DNA of 64,000 nt. Source: an uncultured delta proteobacterium. Lineage in GTDB: Bacteria > Myxococcota > Kuafuiibacteriia > Kuafuiibacteriales > Kuafuiibacteriaceae. Both the position numbers and the translations under genes were made by a program. Positions 1 to 8,723 of this stretch are shown here, piece after piece (within the stretch, counting starts at the first letter, position 1; every line of letters starts with the position of its first letter). Below the pieces are notes generated by a model. It searched no databases. It worked only from the letters and a program-made list of their open reading frames with translations, and was not told the DNA's origin. The DNA lies in contig CAWDML010000002.1 of NCBI GenBank assembly GCA_963803435.1, positions 64,001-128,000 of the forward strand. The letters are read 5' to 3'.

Positions 1-13
1 GAGGCGGACACCG

Positions 14-874
14 TCAGCGATCGGCTCGCAGGCTGGATTGCGCGCCTGTAGCAGGGGCGGCCAGGTCCACGCGCCGCTTGCCGAGAAGGTACGCGGCGAT
101 GTTGCGGTACCAGAGCGTGGAGATCTCCGCGTGCTCGTTCCATCGATAGTAGAGGCGCGTGAATCCACCGTCGTACACGATGCGCTGCTCGGGCTTCGTC
201 GAGACCGATACGAGCGGGTTGTTGTCGGAGGCCCGGATGATCACCTCGAGGTCGGGCGAAGCGGTCATGCTCGAGAGCGTGCAGCCCTCGTAGATCTGGC
301 TGATGCCGGTGAGGAGCTCGTGGTCCTCGGCGTAGAGCTTGCCGTTGAACCAGCCGGCACGGCGGTACTCGATCAGCTTCTCCATGTCCTCCTTCTTCAT
401 CGCCTCATCGATCAGCTTCTTGATGGTCCCGGGTGGGACGACGTTGATCGTCTTGTCGCCGAGATAGGCTCCGTCGAAGGAGATGCCGTGCAGCAGCCCT
501 CCGATCACGTTCGCCTCGTGGATATAGGGGGTGTTGTCGGCCATGACGTAGACGCCCTTGCCGCTGTCGAGGAACGTCTTGATCTTGGCGGCGTCGGACG
601 TGTCGAAGGGACCGCCTGAACCCGAGACGATCCACACCTCGTCGTACGGGGTGAGGCTCGGAAGGTGCGGAGGTGACTTCAGGACGTCAACCGTGAACCC
701 GAGCTTGCGGAGCACGGCCGGGACGTTGTTCATCGGGACGCTGTCGACGGCGTTCCCTTCCCAGTAGTAGCAGGCGATCAGGATCTTCTTTCCCTTGAAG
801 TCCTCCGGTTTGACCCAATCCGGCGCGGTGGCCAGCGTGGAGAAGAGTGCGAGGGTGGCTGCGAGCGCATTCAC
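14..874 (-). CDS. Hypothetical exported protein, possibly class I glutamine-amidotransferase-like fold
   Basis: GC3-rich 286-aa ORF with a hydrophobic N-terminus and ADNxPY, YEGxT and DGGFTRLY motifs; the fold is an inference. Confidence 0.6.
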   Translation of the reverse strand: MNALAATLALFSTLATAPDWVKPEDFKGKKILIACYYWEGNAVDSVPMNNVPAVLRKLGFTVDVLKSPPHLPSLTPYDEVWIVSGSGGPFDTSDAAKIKTFLDSGKGVYVMADNTPYIHEANVIGGLLHGISFDGAYLGDKTINVVPPGTIKKLIDEAMKKEDMEKLIEYRRAGWFNGKLYAEDHELLTGISQIYEGCTLSSMTASPDLEVIIRASDNNPLVSVSTKPEQRIVYDGGFTRLYYRWNEHAEISTLWYRNIAAYLLGKRRVDLAAPATGAQSSLRADR

Positions 875-970
875 GACGCCATGAACGCGCGGGCCCGGGG
901 GTCGATCTGTAAAAGATTTGTCGTTGTTTCTGGCTTGCCTCCCCGGATCCGGCGGACTTAGAGCCGGCTC

Positions 971-1420
971 ATGGAGTCGATCGAGTTCCTCTCAGGCTTC
1001 GTCGTCGTTTCCCCGCGCGCCGAACAGCTCGCCGAGTTCTACCGCGACGTGATCGGCGTCGAGCTCGAAGCCGAGGACCACGGAGGCCTCGAGACCCACT
1101 GGGCCGCCGAGCTCGGCGACATCCAGTTCGCCATTCACCCCGACACCAACTTCCCCGGCACCCCCGCCGGCCCCGCCCCCGTCCGGATGAGCTTCATCGT
1201 CTTCGACCTCGACACCGTCCTCAGCCGCCTCGAAGACCACGGCGTCGAGTCGCTCTACCCCCTCAAGGACGACGGCTTCGGTCGAACGATCACCCTCCGC
1301 GACCCCGACGGAAACTTCGTCGAGCTCACCGAGCTCAACGACGTCGGCTTCGAGCACCTCGACCGCCGCAAGCGCGAGGGCTTCGACCCGGTGGCGCGGT
1401 GGAAGCAACGCCGGCGGTAG
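971..1420 (+). CDS. VOC/glyoxalase family protein
   Basis: AEFYRDVIG and RDPDGNFVEL motifs. Confidence 0.9.
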   Translation: MESIEFLSGFVVVSPRAEQLAEFYRDVIGVELEAEDHGGLETHWAAELGDIQFAIHPDTNFPGTPAGPAPVRMSFIVFDLDTVLSRLEDHGVESLYPLKDDGFGRTITLRDPDGNFVELTELNDVGFEHLDRRKREGFDPVARWKQRRR

Positions 1421-1532
1421 GTGCTGTTTTCGAAGCGTCGACCTGGTACGTTCCTTCTCCACCGTGGTCGGCTCTGGCGGGACGAAGCCCCGGTGCCCCC
1501 GCCCGAGCGAGCGGAGGAGTGATGCGGGGATT

Positions 1533-1548
1533 TGCAAGTTAACTTGCA
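1533..1548. promoter_or_regulatory. Perfect 16-bp palindrome TGCAAGTTAACTTGCA in an AT-rich patch; candidate operator
   Basis: Read directly from the sequence; lies just upstream of the Y1 transposase remnant. Confidence 0.5.
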
Positions 1549-1557
1549 TAATAAATC

Positions 1558-1776
1558 TTGAATGGGCATTTACATATTGACTCGATCGCACGGCTGCGCC
1601 GTGTTCCCGACATCCCTCCCTCGCTGCGCGGCATGGTGCGCTGGGTCCGCGGCGCGCTCCTCGCCGGCGCCGACAAGGACGGATTCCGACCCGTCCACTA
1701 CTCGATCCAGTCGAACCACCTCGACCTCATCGCCGAGGGCGAGCCCAAGCGCCTGACCGCGGTCTCCATGGCCTAA
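1558..1776 (+). pseudogene. Truncated Y1 (IS200-like/REP-associated tyrosine, RAYT) transposase remnant
   Basis: PSLR...GFRPVHYSIQSNHLDLIAEG resembles the FRxVHYSxQxNHxHLIVE core; the HUH motif has degenerated to H-L-D and the ORF stops before the catalytic Tyr region. Confidence 0.7.
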
Positions 1777-2171
1777 AATGGACACGATGGTCCGCTGCAG
1801 GTGCACTGGGCCGCGATCCCGCAGGCGATCTCGCAGGAGGAGCCTGCGTTGCAGGTGGTGTCGCAGGCGCCGACGTTGCAGGCGATCTGGCAGTCGGCGC
1901 CGGTCTCGCAGGTGGTGTGGCACTGCGAGGTCTGGCAGCGGATGTCGCAGAGGGCGCCTTCGCCGCAGTTGAGGGTGCACTCGCCGAGACAGTCGAAGTG
2001 GCATTCGTCGCCGGTGGGGCAGCGGCAGGTGTTGCCGAATCCGCAGGTGGTTCTCGGGGGCGCGTCGGGGCAGGTGCCGCCGGCGTCGCAGGCGAAGAGC
2101 TCGGGGCGGAGATCGCGGGAGGCTTCGCAGGCGAAGAGGAGCAGCGCGAGCAGGATCGGGAGCCTCGCCAT
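1773..2171 (-). CDS. Cysteine-rich repeat lipoprotein
   Basis: Lipobox-like LLLFAC; tandem ~19-aa CxxxCxxGxxCxIxC repeats. Confidence 0.8.
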   Translation of the reverse strand: MARLPILLALLLFACEASRDLRPELFACDAGGTCPDAPPRTTCGFGNTCRCPTGDECHFDCLGECTLNCGEGALCDIRCQTSQCHTTCETGADCQIACNVGACDTTCNAGSSCEIACGIAAQCTCSGPSCPF

Positions 2172-2264
2172 GAGGTTGGAGCCTGGCACAGGGGCCGGGG
2201 AGAAAGAAGGGCTTCACCGACGTCACATCGGCGGAGCAACCGGGCGGGGGGCGGCCCGATAACC

Positions 2265-2723
2265 ATGATTGGAGTCGAAATGTTCGACGCGTCGGATCTG
2301 GATCATCTGTCGGACCTCGCTGGAGCGGAGCGGCTCGTGGCGTTGACCGGTGCGGAGCCGGATGTGCTGGTGTCGTGTGCGGCGTCGTCGCTCCGAGTCA
2401 ACGCGTTCGAGGATGCGCTGGCGATGTTGCGGGCGGCGCTCGCGATCGATCCGGAGCATGCGCGCGCGTGGTCGATGATGGGGACGGCGCTCGAGAAGCT
2501 GGGCGCGTCGATGCCGGCGAGCAGCGCGTACGCTACGGCGCTTCTCTACGACGATCAGGATCCGAGCACCGCGCTGGCGCTCGCGCGGCTTCATCTCGCC
2601 GCCGGGCGTGTCGGCAAAGCGCGCGCGCTGATCGATTGGGTGGTGGCGAGCTTCCCGGACTCGAAGCACGCGCGGCAGCAGGCGGCCACGCTGCTCGAGC
2701 AGGTCGAGACAGAGGCGGCGTGA
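2265..2723 (+). CDS. Tetratricopeptide repeat protein
   Basis: ALAIDPEHARAWSMMGTALEKLG TPR pattern; in-frame ATG at 2265. Confidence 0.75.
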   Translation: MIGVEMFDASDLDHLSDLAGAERLVALTGAEPDVLVSCAASSLRVNAFEDALAMLRAALAIDPEHARAWSMMGTALEKLGASMPASSAYATALLYDDQDPSTALALARLHLAAGRVGKARALIDWVVASFPDSKHARQQAATLLEQVETEAA

Positions 2724-2742
2724 ACCACTATACTCCGCGGGC

Positions 2743-3684
2743 ATGGGGATGCTCGTCGGCGGTGAGTGGAGAGCGAACGACTTCAACACGGACCAAGAAG
2801 GCCGATTTCAGCGTGAGCCGACCGTCTTTCACGGCGTGATCGAAGCCCCCGAGGCCGGCCGCTATCACCTCTACGTCTCCCTGGCCTGTCCGTGGGCGCA
2901 CCGCACGCTGATCGTTCGCAAGCTGCGCGGCCTGGAGGAGGCGGTCGGGCTATCGGTCGTCGATCCCTACATGGGCGATGACGGCTGGTCGTTCAGCGAT
3001 CACCCGGGCGCGATCCCCGACGCGATCAACGGCGCCGCCTATCTTCGCGACCTCTACGTCCTGGCTGATCCGCAGTACACCGGGCGCGTCACGGTCCCGG
3101 TGCTCTGGGACAAGCAAGCGCGTACGATCATCAACAACGAGTCGCGCAAGATCATGCGGATGTTCGACACGGTCTTCATGACGCTCGGGGATCCGTCGGT
3201 CTCCTTCTTCCCCGAGCCCCACCGCGACCGGATCGAGGCGCTGATCGACCAGCTCTATCGTCCCATCAACAACGGCGTGTATCGGGCGGGCTTCGCGACG
3301 ACGCAGGAGGCGTATCTGGAGGCCGTCACCGAGGTCTTCGAGGCGCTCGACTACTGGGAGGAGGTCCTGGGCGGCCAGCGCTACCTGGTCGGTGACCTCA
3401 TCACCGAGGCGGACTGGTGCTTCTTCACGACGCTGCTCCGCTTCGACCTCGTCTATCACGGGCACTTCAAGTGCAACCTCCGGCGCATCGTCGACTATCC
3501 GAACCTCTACGGTTATCTCAAGGACCTCTATCAACAACCCGGCGTCCGCGACACCTGCTCCTTCGATCACATCAAGCAGCACTACTATCGCAGCCACCGC
3601 TCGTTGAACCCGCGTGGGATCGTCCCGAAGGGCCCGCTGATGGCCCTGGGCGCGCCGCACGACCGAACGCGCTTTTCCTCGTGA
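2743..3684 (+). CDS. yqjG: Glutathionyl-hydroquinone reductase (YqjG-type glutathione S-transferase)
   Basis: YVSLACPWAHR, TVPVLWD, NNGVYRAGFA and HIKQHYYRSH motifs. Confidence 0.92.
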   Translation: MGMLVGGEWRANDFNTDQEGRFQREPTVFHGVIEAPEAGRYHLYVSLACPWAHRTLIVRKLRGLEEAVGLSVVDPYMGDDGWSFSDHPGAIPDAINGAAYLRDLYVLADPQYTGRVTVPVLWDKQARTIINNESRKIMRMFDTVFMTLGDPSVSFFPEPHRDRIEALIDQLYRPINNGVYRAGFATTQEAYLEAVTEVFEALDYWEEVLGGQRYLVGDLITEADWCFFTTLLRFDLVYHGHFKCNLRRIVDYPNLYGYLKDLYQQPGVRDTCSFDHIKQHYYRSHRSLNPRGIVPKGPLMALGAPHDRTRFSS

Positions 3685-3728
3685 CCGCACGCACCGAATG
3701 ATCGGCCGATGATCCGGGACCGGCCGCG

Positions 3729-5039
3729 GTGCTATGCACGCCGAACGTGAGAGCCTGGGGCGTCGCAGCGGTGCTGCTCATCTCGGCGTGCGACGGATCG
3801 CGGGGCGTGGAGCTCCCGGAGGCGGACGCCGCCGTCGATCCGGACGCCGCCACGGGCGATGCCGGTACCGCCGATCCCGACGTCACCTGGTACCGCGACA
3901 TCGTGCCGCTGGTGCAGGCGCAGTGCCTGTCGTGTCACCGCTCCGGCGGGATCGCGCCGTTCTCCATGGAGTCCTACCAGACCGCCGCGCCCTACGCGCG
4001 CGCGATGGCCGGCGACGTGATCGGCGGGATCATGCCGCCCTGGCCGCCGAGCGAGGACTGCCAGCCGTACCTCGACGCCCGCCGGGTCGACGATCACGAG
4101 AAGGCGCTCATCGTCCGTTGGGCCGATCTCGGGGCGCCTGCGGGAGATCCGGCGGACGCGCCGCCCATGCTCCCGCCCGCAGCCCTCGATCGGGTCGACC
4201 TCGAGGGCGATCCGGGCGTCGAGTACACGCCCACCGGGGCCGACGACTACCGCTGCTTCGTCGTCGATCTGGGCCTCACCCGGACCCAGCAGCTGGTCGC
4301 GCTCGAGATCGTCCCCGGCGTCCGCTGGATGGTGCACCACGTCGTGCTGTTCCAGGCCAACGCGCTCGAGGCGCAGGCCGCCGATGCCGTCGACTCGGGT
4401 CCCGGCTGGTCCTGCTTCGGCGGCCCCGGCGTAGCCCCCACCTCACCGCTCGACAGCCTCGCAGTCGGCGCCTGGGCGCCGGGCACTCCGGTGACGCACT
4501 ATCCGGCGGGAACCGGCGTCGATCTCACGGCGGGCAACGTCATCGTGATGCAGGTCCACTATCATGTCACCGGCGGGCGCTCACCGGAGCCGGATCGCAC
4601 GATCGTCCACATGCAGGTCGCCGATGCCGCGGTCACTCCGGCATACGTCTCGAGTATCTACAACAACACCTTCGCGATCCCGCCGCGAGATCCGGGCGGG
4701 AGCGTTCTCATGCACTCGAGCTCCGTGACCTGGCCGATCACGATCCCGGGGACTCTCCTCGGCGTGTTCCCGCACATGCATCTGCTCGGGCGCACCATCC
4801 ATCTCACCTACTCGCCGCCGGGTGGGGCGACGTCAACTTGCCTTGCAAACGTGCCGAGCTGGAACTTCCACTGGCAGCAGTTCTACTTCTACGATCTCGC
4901 CGGCGGGATCCGGCTCGAGACCGGCGGAACGCTGGAGCTCACCTGCGAGTGGGAGCGGCCCACGGACGGCCGCACGATCTTTTGGGGAGAGGGCAGCGAC
5001 GACGAGATGTGCATCGTCGGTCTGTACGTGGTCCCCTGA
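3729..5039 (+). CDS. Copper type II ascorbate-dependent monooxygenase-like lipoprotein with an N-terminal c-type heme motif
   Basis: Lipobox ISAC, CLSCH heme motif, HHVVLF, QVHY, PHMHLLG and DEMC copper-ligand motifs. Confidence 0.85.
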   Translation: MLCTPNVRAWGVAAVLLISACDGSRGVELPEADAAVDPDAATGDAGTADPDVTWYRDIVPLVQAQCLSCHRSGGIAPFSMESYQTAAPYARAMAGDVIGGIMPPWPPSEDCQPYLDARRVDDHEKALIVRWADLGAPAGDPADAPPMLPPAALDRVDLEGDPGVEYTPTGADDYRCFVVDLGLTRTQQLVALEIVPGVRWMVHHVVLFQANALEAQAADAVDSGPGWSCFGGPGVAPTSPLDSLAVGAWAPGTPVTHYPAGTGVDLTAGNVIVMQVHYHVTGGRSPEPDRTIVHMQVADAAVTPAYVSSIYNNTFAIPPRDPGGSVLMHSSSVTWPITIPGTLLGVFPHMHLLGRTIHLTYSPPGGATSTCLANVPSWNFHWQQFYFYDLAGGIRLETGGTLELTCEWERPTDGRTIFWGEGSDDEMCIVGLYVVP

Positions 5040-6983
5040 CTACATCGCCTCGGGCGCGCGGACGCCCAGGAGCGCCAGGCCGTGAGCCAGCGTGTTCCGC
5101 ACGGCGTCGATCAGGTGGAGCCGTGCGGCCCGGGTGGCGGCGTCGTCCTCGAGCAGCACGCGCTTCTCGCGGTCGCGCTTGCCGGCCGTGAGGTAGCTCG
5201 CGGTGAGCTTCGCCAGCTCCAAGATCGCGCGGGTCACGTGCGAGGGCTCCAGCTCGTCGCACGCCTTCTCCACCACCTCGGGGTAGCGGGAGAGGGCGAG
5301 CAGGATCGGTCGCTCCTCCTCCAAGGTCAGGCGCGAGAGGTCGGCCTGGGCCGGGAGCCCACCCGCCTTCTTGATGATGCTGCAGCAGCGGGCGTGCGAG
5401 AACTGCACGTAGGGGCCCGACTCGCCCGAGAAGTTGAGCACGTCCGCCCAGTCGAAGGTGTAGTCGGTCGTGCGGAGCGCCCTGAGATCACGGAACACGA
5501 TCGCGCCCACGCCGATCGCCTCCACCGTCTCGTCCAGATGGGTCTGGTCGATCTTCTCCGACTTCTCACACTCGCGCCGCGCCTTGTCGGTCGCCTCCTC
5601 GAGCACCTCGTCGAGGAACACAATCTCGCCCCGCCGGGTGCTCATCCCGTGGATGCGGCCGAAGTCGATGTGCCGGCAGCGCTCCGCCCAGTCGAAGCCC
5701 ATCGCCTCGAGCGTCCGGAACAGCTGGCGGAAATGGAGCGCTTGATCGGAGGCGACCACGTAGAGGGAGCGGTCGAACGAGAAGCGCGCGTACCGATCCA
5801 TGGCGGCGGCGAGGTCGCGCGTGACGTAGAGCGTGGTGCCGTCCCGGGTCTTGAGGATGATCGGCGGCTCGTTGTTCCTCTGCTCCAGGTCGACCACCTC
5901 TGCGCCCTCGCTGATCCGCGTGCCGGGCTTCTCGCGCACGCGCGCCAGCGTGTCCTCCAGGACGTCCTGGTAGGTGGACTCGCCCTCGATCGACGCGAAC
6001 TCGATCCCCATGCGCGCGTAGACCTTCTCGAAGTCCGCGATCGACGTCTCCCGGAACTCGCGCCAGATCGCCAGCGCCTCGGGATCCTTGTCCTCCATGC
6101 GCTTGAGGAAGAGCCGCGCTTCCTGATCGTTCGCCTCGGCGTCCGGCAGCCGGGCCTCGGCCTCCACCTTCTGGGCCTCGAGCGCGCCCAGCCAGGGGGC
6201 GACATCCGCCAGCGGGTCGCCCTCGCTCAGGCCGCGCATCTCCCGCAGCTTCTTCTCGAGCCGCGCCGCGGACTTTTTGTCGTCGGTCCCGCGGACGCGC
6301 TCGAGCTCGGCGATCAGCTTCCTCGCCAGGTCGGGACGGGCGATCCTCTCCTTGAGGCCCCCGACGTCCGCCTCCCGGTTCGCGGTCACGTAGACCTCCA
6401 CCAGGTGCTTGGCGTCGGTGCGCCGCGCCGGATCGCCGTGGCGCTGGAAGCCCGTGGCGAGGAGCCCGAACTGCTTGCCCCAGTCGCCGAGGTAGTCGAT
6501 CCCGCGGACGTCCCATCCGAGCGCGCCATGGATGCGCCCGAGCGCCGCGCCGATCACGGTGGAGCGGACGTGGTGGAACGCCAGTGGCTTGGCGATGTTG
6601 GGGCTCGAGAAGTCGATCACGACGGTCTTGCCGCGGTCGCGGTCGGCGCCGCCGAAGCCGCGCTGTCGTGCCGCCGGGACCACGGCCCCCGCGAGCGCAC
6701 CGGTGGAGAACGTGACGTTCACGAACGCCTTGATCGCCTCGACCTTCAGCCAGCGCGGATCGCCGGCGAGCGCGTCGGCCACCTTCTGCGCCACCGCTGC
6801 CGGGTTCTTCTCCTCGAGCAGCTTGGCCAGCACGAAGCAGGGCAACGCCAGATCGCCGCGTCCTTCTTCGCGCGGCTTCTCCAGGGCATCCTCGAGCTTC
6901 TGCGCCTGCTCGGTGGAAAGGCCTTGGCTTTCCGCTACCGCTTTTGCGAAGTCACGTCTGAAGGCTGCGAGCGGTGAGGCCAT
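5040..6983 (-). CDS. argS: Arginine--tRNA ligase
   Basis: DFSSPNIAKP, YLGDWGKQFG, GMSTRRG and GESGPYVQFSHAR motifs; ATG at 6983. Confidence 0.96.
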   Translation of the reverse strand: MASPLAAFRRDFAKAVAESQGLSTEQAQKLEDALEKPREEGRGDLALPCFVLAKLLEEKNPAAVAQKVADALAGDPRWLKVEAIKAFVNVTFSTGALAGAVVPAARQRGFGGADRDRGKTVVIDFSSPNIAKPLAFHHVRSTVIGAALGRIHGALGWDVRGIDYLGDWGKQFGLLATGFQRHGDPARRTDAKHLVEVYVTANREADVGGLKERIARPDLARKLIAELERVRGTDDKKSAARLEKKLREMRGLSEGDPLADVAPWLGALEAQKVEAEARLPDAEANDQEARLFLKRMEDKDPEALAIWREFRETSIADFEKVYARMGIEFASIEGESTYQDVLEDTLARVREKPGTRISEGAEVVDLEQRNNEPPIILKTRDGTTLYVTRDLAAAMDRYARFSFDRSLYVVASDQALHFRQLFRTLEAMGFDWAERCRHIDFGRIHGMSTRRGEIVFLDEVLEEATDKARRECEKSEKIDQTHLDETVEAIGVGAIVFRDLRALRTTDYTFDWADVLNFSGESGPYVQFSHARCCSIIKKAGGLPAQADLSRLTLEEERPILLALSRYPEVVEKACDELEPSHVTRAILELAKLTASYLTAGKRDREKRVLLEDDAATRAARLHLIDAVRNTLAHGLALLGVRAPEAM

Positions 6984-7010
6984 GACCTTTCGCTCGTACG
7001 AGAGGGTCGC

Positions 7011-8117
7011 ATGTTTGGCAAGAAGGACAAGGACGGACTGACCCCGGAGGCGGTGACCAAGACCCTGGAGCGGGTCGTGGATCCGGAGCTCGAGAAGAAC
7101 GTCGTCGAGCTGGGCATGATCAAGGACGTGAAGGTCGAGAAAGATCGGCTGCGCATCGGTGTCGAGCTGCCGACTCCGGCCTGGGAGCCCAAGGAGCTGC
7201 TCGAGCAGGAGATCAACCGGGTCCTGGCCGACTCGCGCGGCGGACGCACGATCGAGATCGCCTGGGGCAGCAACGTTCGACCCTCCCGGCCCCCCGCCAG
7301 CGGTCAGGCGTTGATGGCCGGCGCGCGCAACATCCTCCTGTTCGCATCGGGCAAGGGTGGCGTGGGCAAGTCGACGGTGGCCACCAACGTCGCGGCCGCC
7401 CTCGCCAACCTGGGTGCGACCGTCGGCCTCCTCGACGCCGACATCTACGGCCCGTCGATCCCGACGATGCTCGGAACCCGCGAGCGCCCCGAGATCGCCG
7501 GCCAGAAGCTGATCCCGCTGAAGCGGCACGGGCTCAAGCTGATGTCGATCGGCTTCATCGTCGATCCCAAGGAGGCGATGACCTGGCGCGGACCGATGCT
7601 GAACGGCGCGCTGATCCAGTTCATGCGCGACGTCGAGTGGGGCGACATCGACTACATGATCCTCGACCTTCCTCCGGGCACCGGCGACGTCCAGCTCACG
7701 ATTGCCCAGAACCTGAAGGTGTCGGGCGCGGTGCTGGTCTCGACGCCGCAGGACGTGGCCCTCGCGGACGTCCAGCGTGGCAAGGCGATGTTCGATCGCG
7801 TCGACATCCCCACGCTGGGCATCATCGAGAACATGGCGTACTTCGAGTGCGGCAGCTGCGGCGCTCGCCACCACATCTTCTCCACCGGCGGCGCAGGACG
7901 GCTGGCCAAGGAGCTCGGCCTGCCGCTGCTCGGCGAGATCCCGCTCGAGATCAGCACGCGCGAGTCCGCGGACGCGGGTCGGCCCGAGGTCCTCGCCAAC
8001 CCCAACAGCGGCGCCTCGAAGGCGTTCTTCGGTGTCGCGAAGCGCCTGGCGACGATCCTGGCCAAGAAGGCGCCGCCCCCGAGCAAGAGCGCGGGCGGCC
8101 TCCGCATCATCCAGTAG
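7011..8117 (+). CDS. apbC: Mrp/NBP35 iron-sulfur cluster carrier ATPase
   Basis: N-terminal DPEL (DUF59-like) domain, ASGKGGVGKST, DLPPGTGD, ENMAYFECGSC. Confidence 0.93.
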   Translation: MFGKKDKDGLTPEAVTKTLERVVDPELEKNVVELGMIKDVKVEKDRLRIGVELPTPAWEPKELLEQEINRVLADSRGGRTIEIAWGSNVRPSRPPASGQALMAGARNILLFASGKGGVGKSTVATNVAAALANLGATVGLLDADIYGPSIPTMLGTRERPEIAGQKLIPLKRHGLKLMSIGFIVDPKEAMTWRGPMLNGALIQFMRDVEWGDIDYMILDLPPGTGDVQLTIAQNLKVSGAVLVSTPQDVALADVQRGKAMFDRVDIPTLGIIENMAYFECGSCGARHHIFSTGGAGRLAKELGLPLLGEIPLEISTRESADAGRPEVLANPNSGASKAFFGVAKRLATILAKKAPPPSKSAGGLRIIQ

Positions 8118-8180
8118 CACGCTGCGCGTCGAGCGCCCGCCGAGGTGGAGAGGCGCGCCGGTCCGCCGACGAGCGCGGGA

Positions 8181-8723
8181 TCACATGCCGCGCGCGAAGA
8201 GCTCGGCGCTGCTCTCGCTGGGCGGGAAGACCATCGCCGGCTCGGACGCCTCTTCTTGCAGGCTGTCCTGCACCAGCTCGAAGGCCAGCTTGAGGAGGGT
8301 CTTGGTCTGCTCGGTGATCCCGGGGGCGCCGCTCTCGCGGGGGCCGGCGACGTTGAGCACGCGCGGCTTCACGCGGGCGAGCCAGAGCACGATCTCGTCG
8401 ACCGGATCCTCGTCGGGGTCTGCGAGGTCCACGACCAGGAGCGGGCGACGGATCGAGCGGGCGATCTCGCAGGTGAGTCGCGTGCCGCCCATCGGGGCGC
8501 CGCGGGTCAGGACCAGCGTCGCCGTGCTGCACTCGACGTTGCGCTGGGTGCGCACGTGGACGTCGTCCGAACGCGTTTCGTTGAGCGGGTAGTGACGGGG
8601 AATGGGGCCGTCCTCCGCCCATCGATTCTTCGGGCACCAACCACCGGCCTCCCACCCGAGCGCCAGCGCGACATCGAGCGCGGCGCGGTCGACGCCCGTC
8701 TGTCCTCCCGAGACGATCTTCAT
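8181..8723 (-). CDS. Putative molybdenum carrier / YpsA-like SLOG family protein
   Basis: KIVSGGQTGVDRAALD, GGWCPK and LNVAGPRES motifs. Confidence 0.88.
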   Translation of the reverse strand: MKIVSGGQTGVDRAALDVALALGWEAGGWCPKNRWAEDGPIPRHYPLNETRSDDVHVRTQRNVECSTATLVLTRGAPMGGTRLTCEIARSIRRPLLVVDLADPDEDPVDEIVLWLARVKPRVLNVAGPRESGAPGITEQTKTLLKLAFELVQDSLQEEASEPAMVFPPSESSAELFARGM

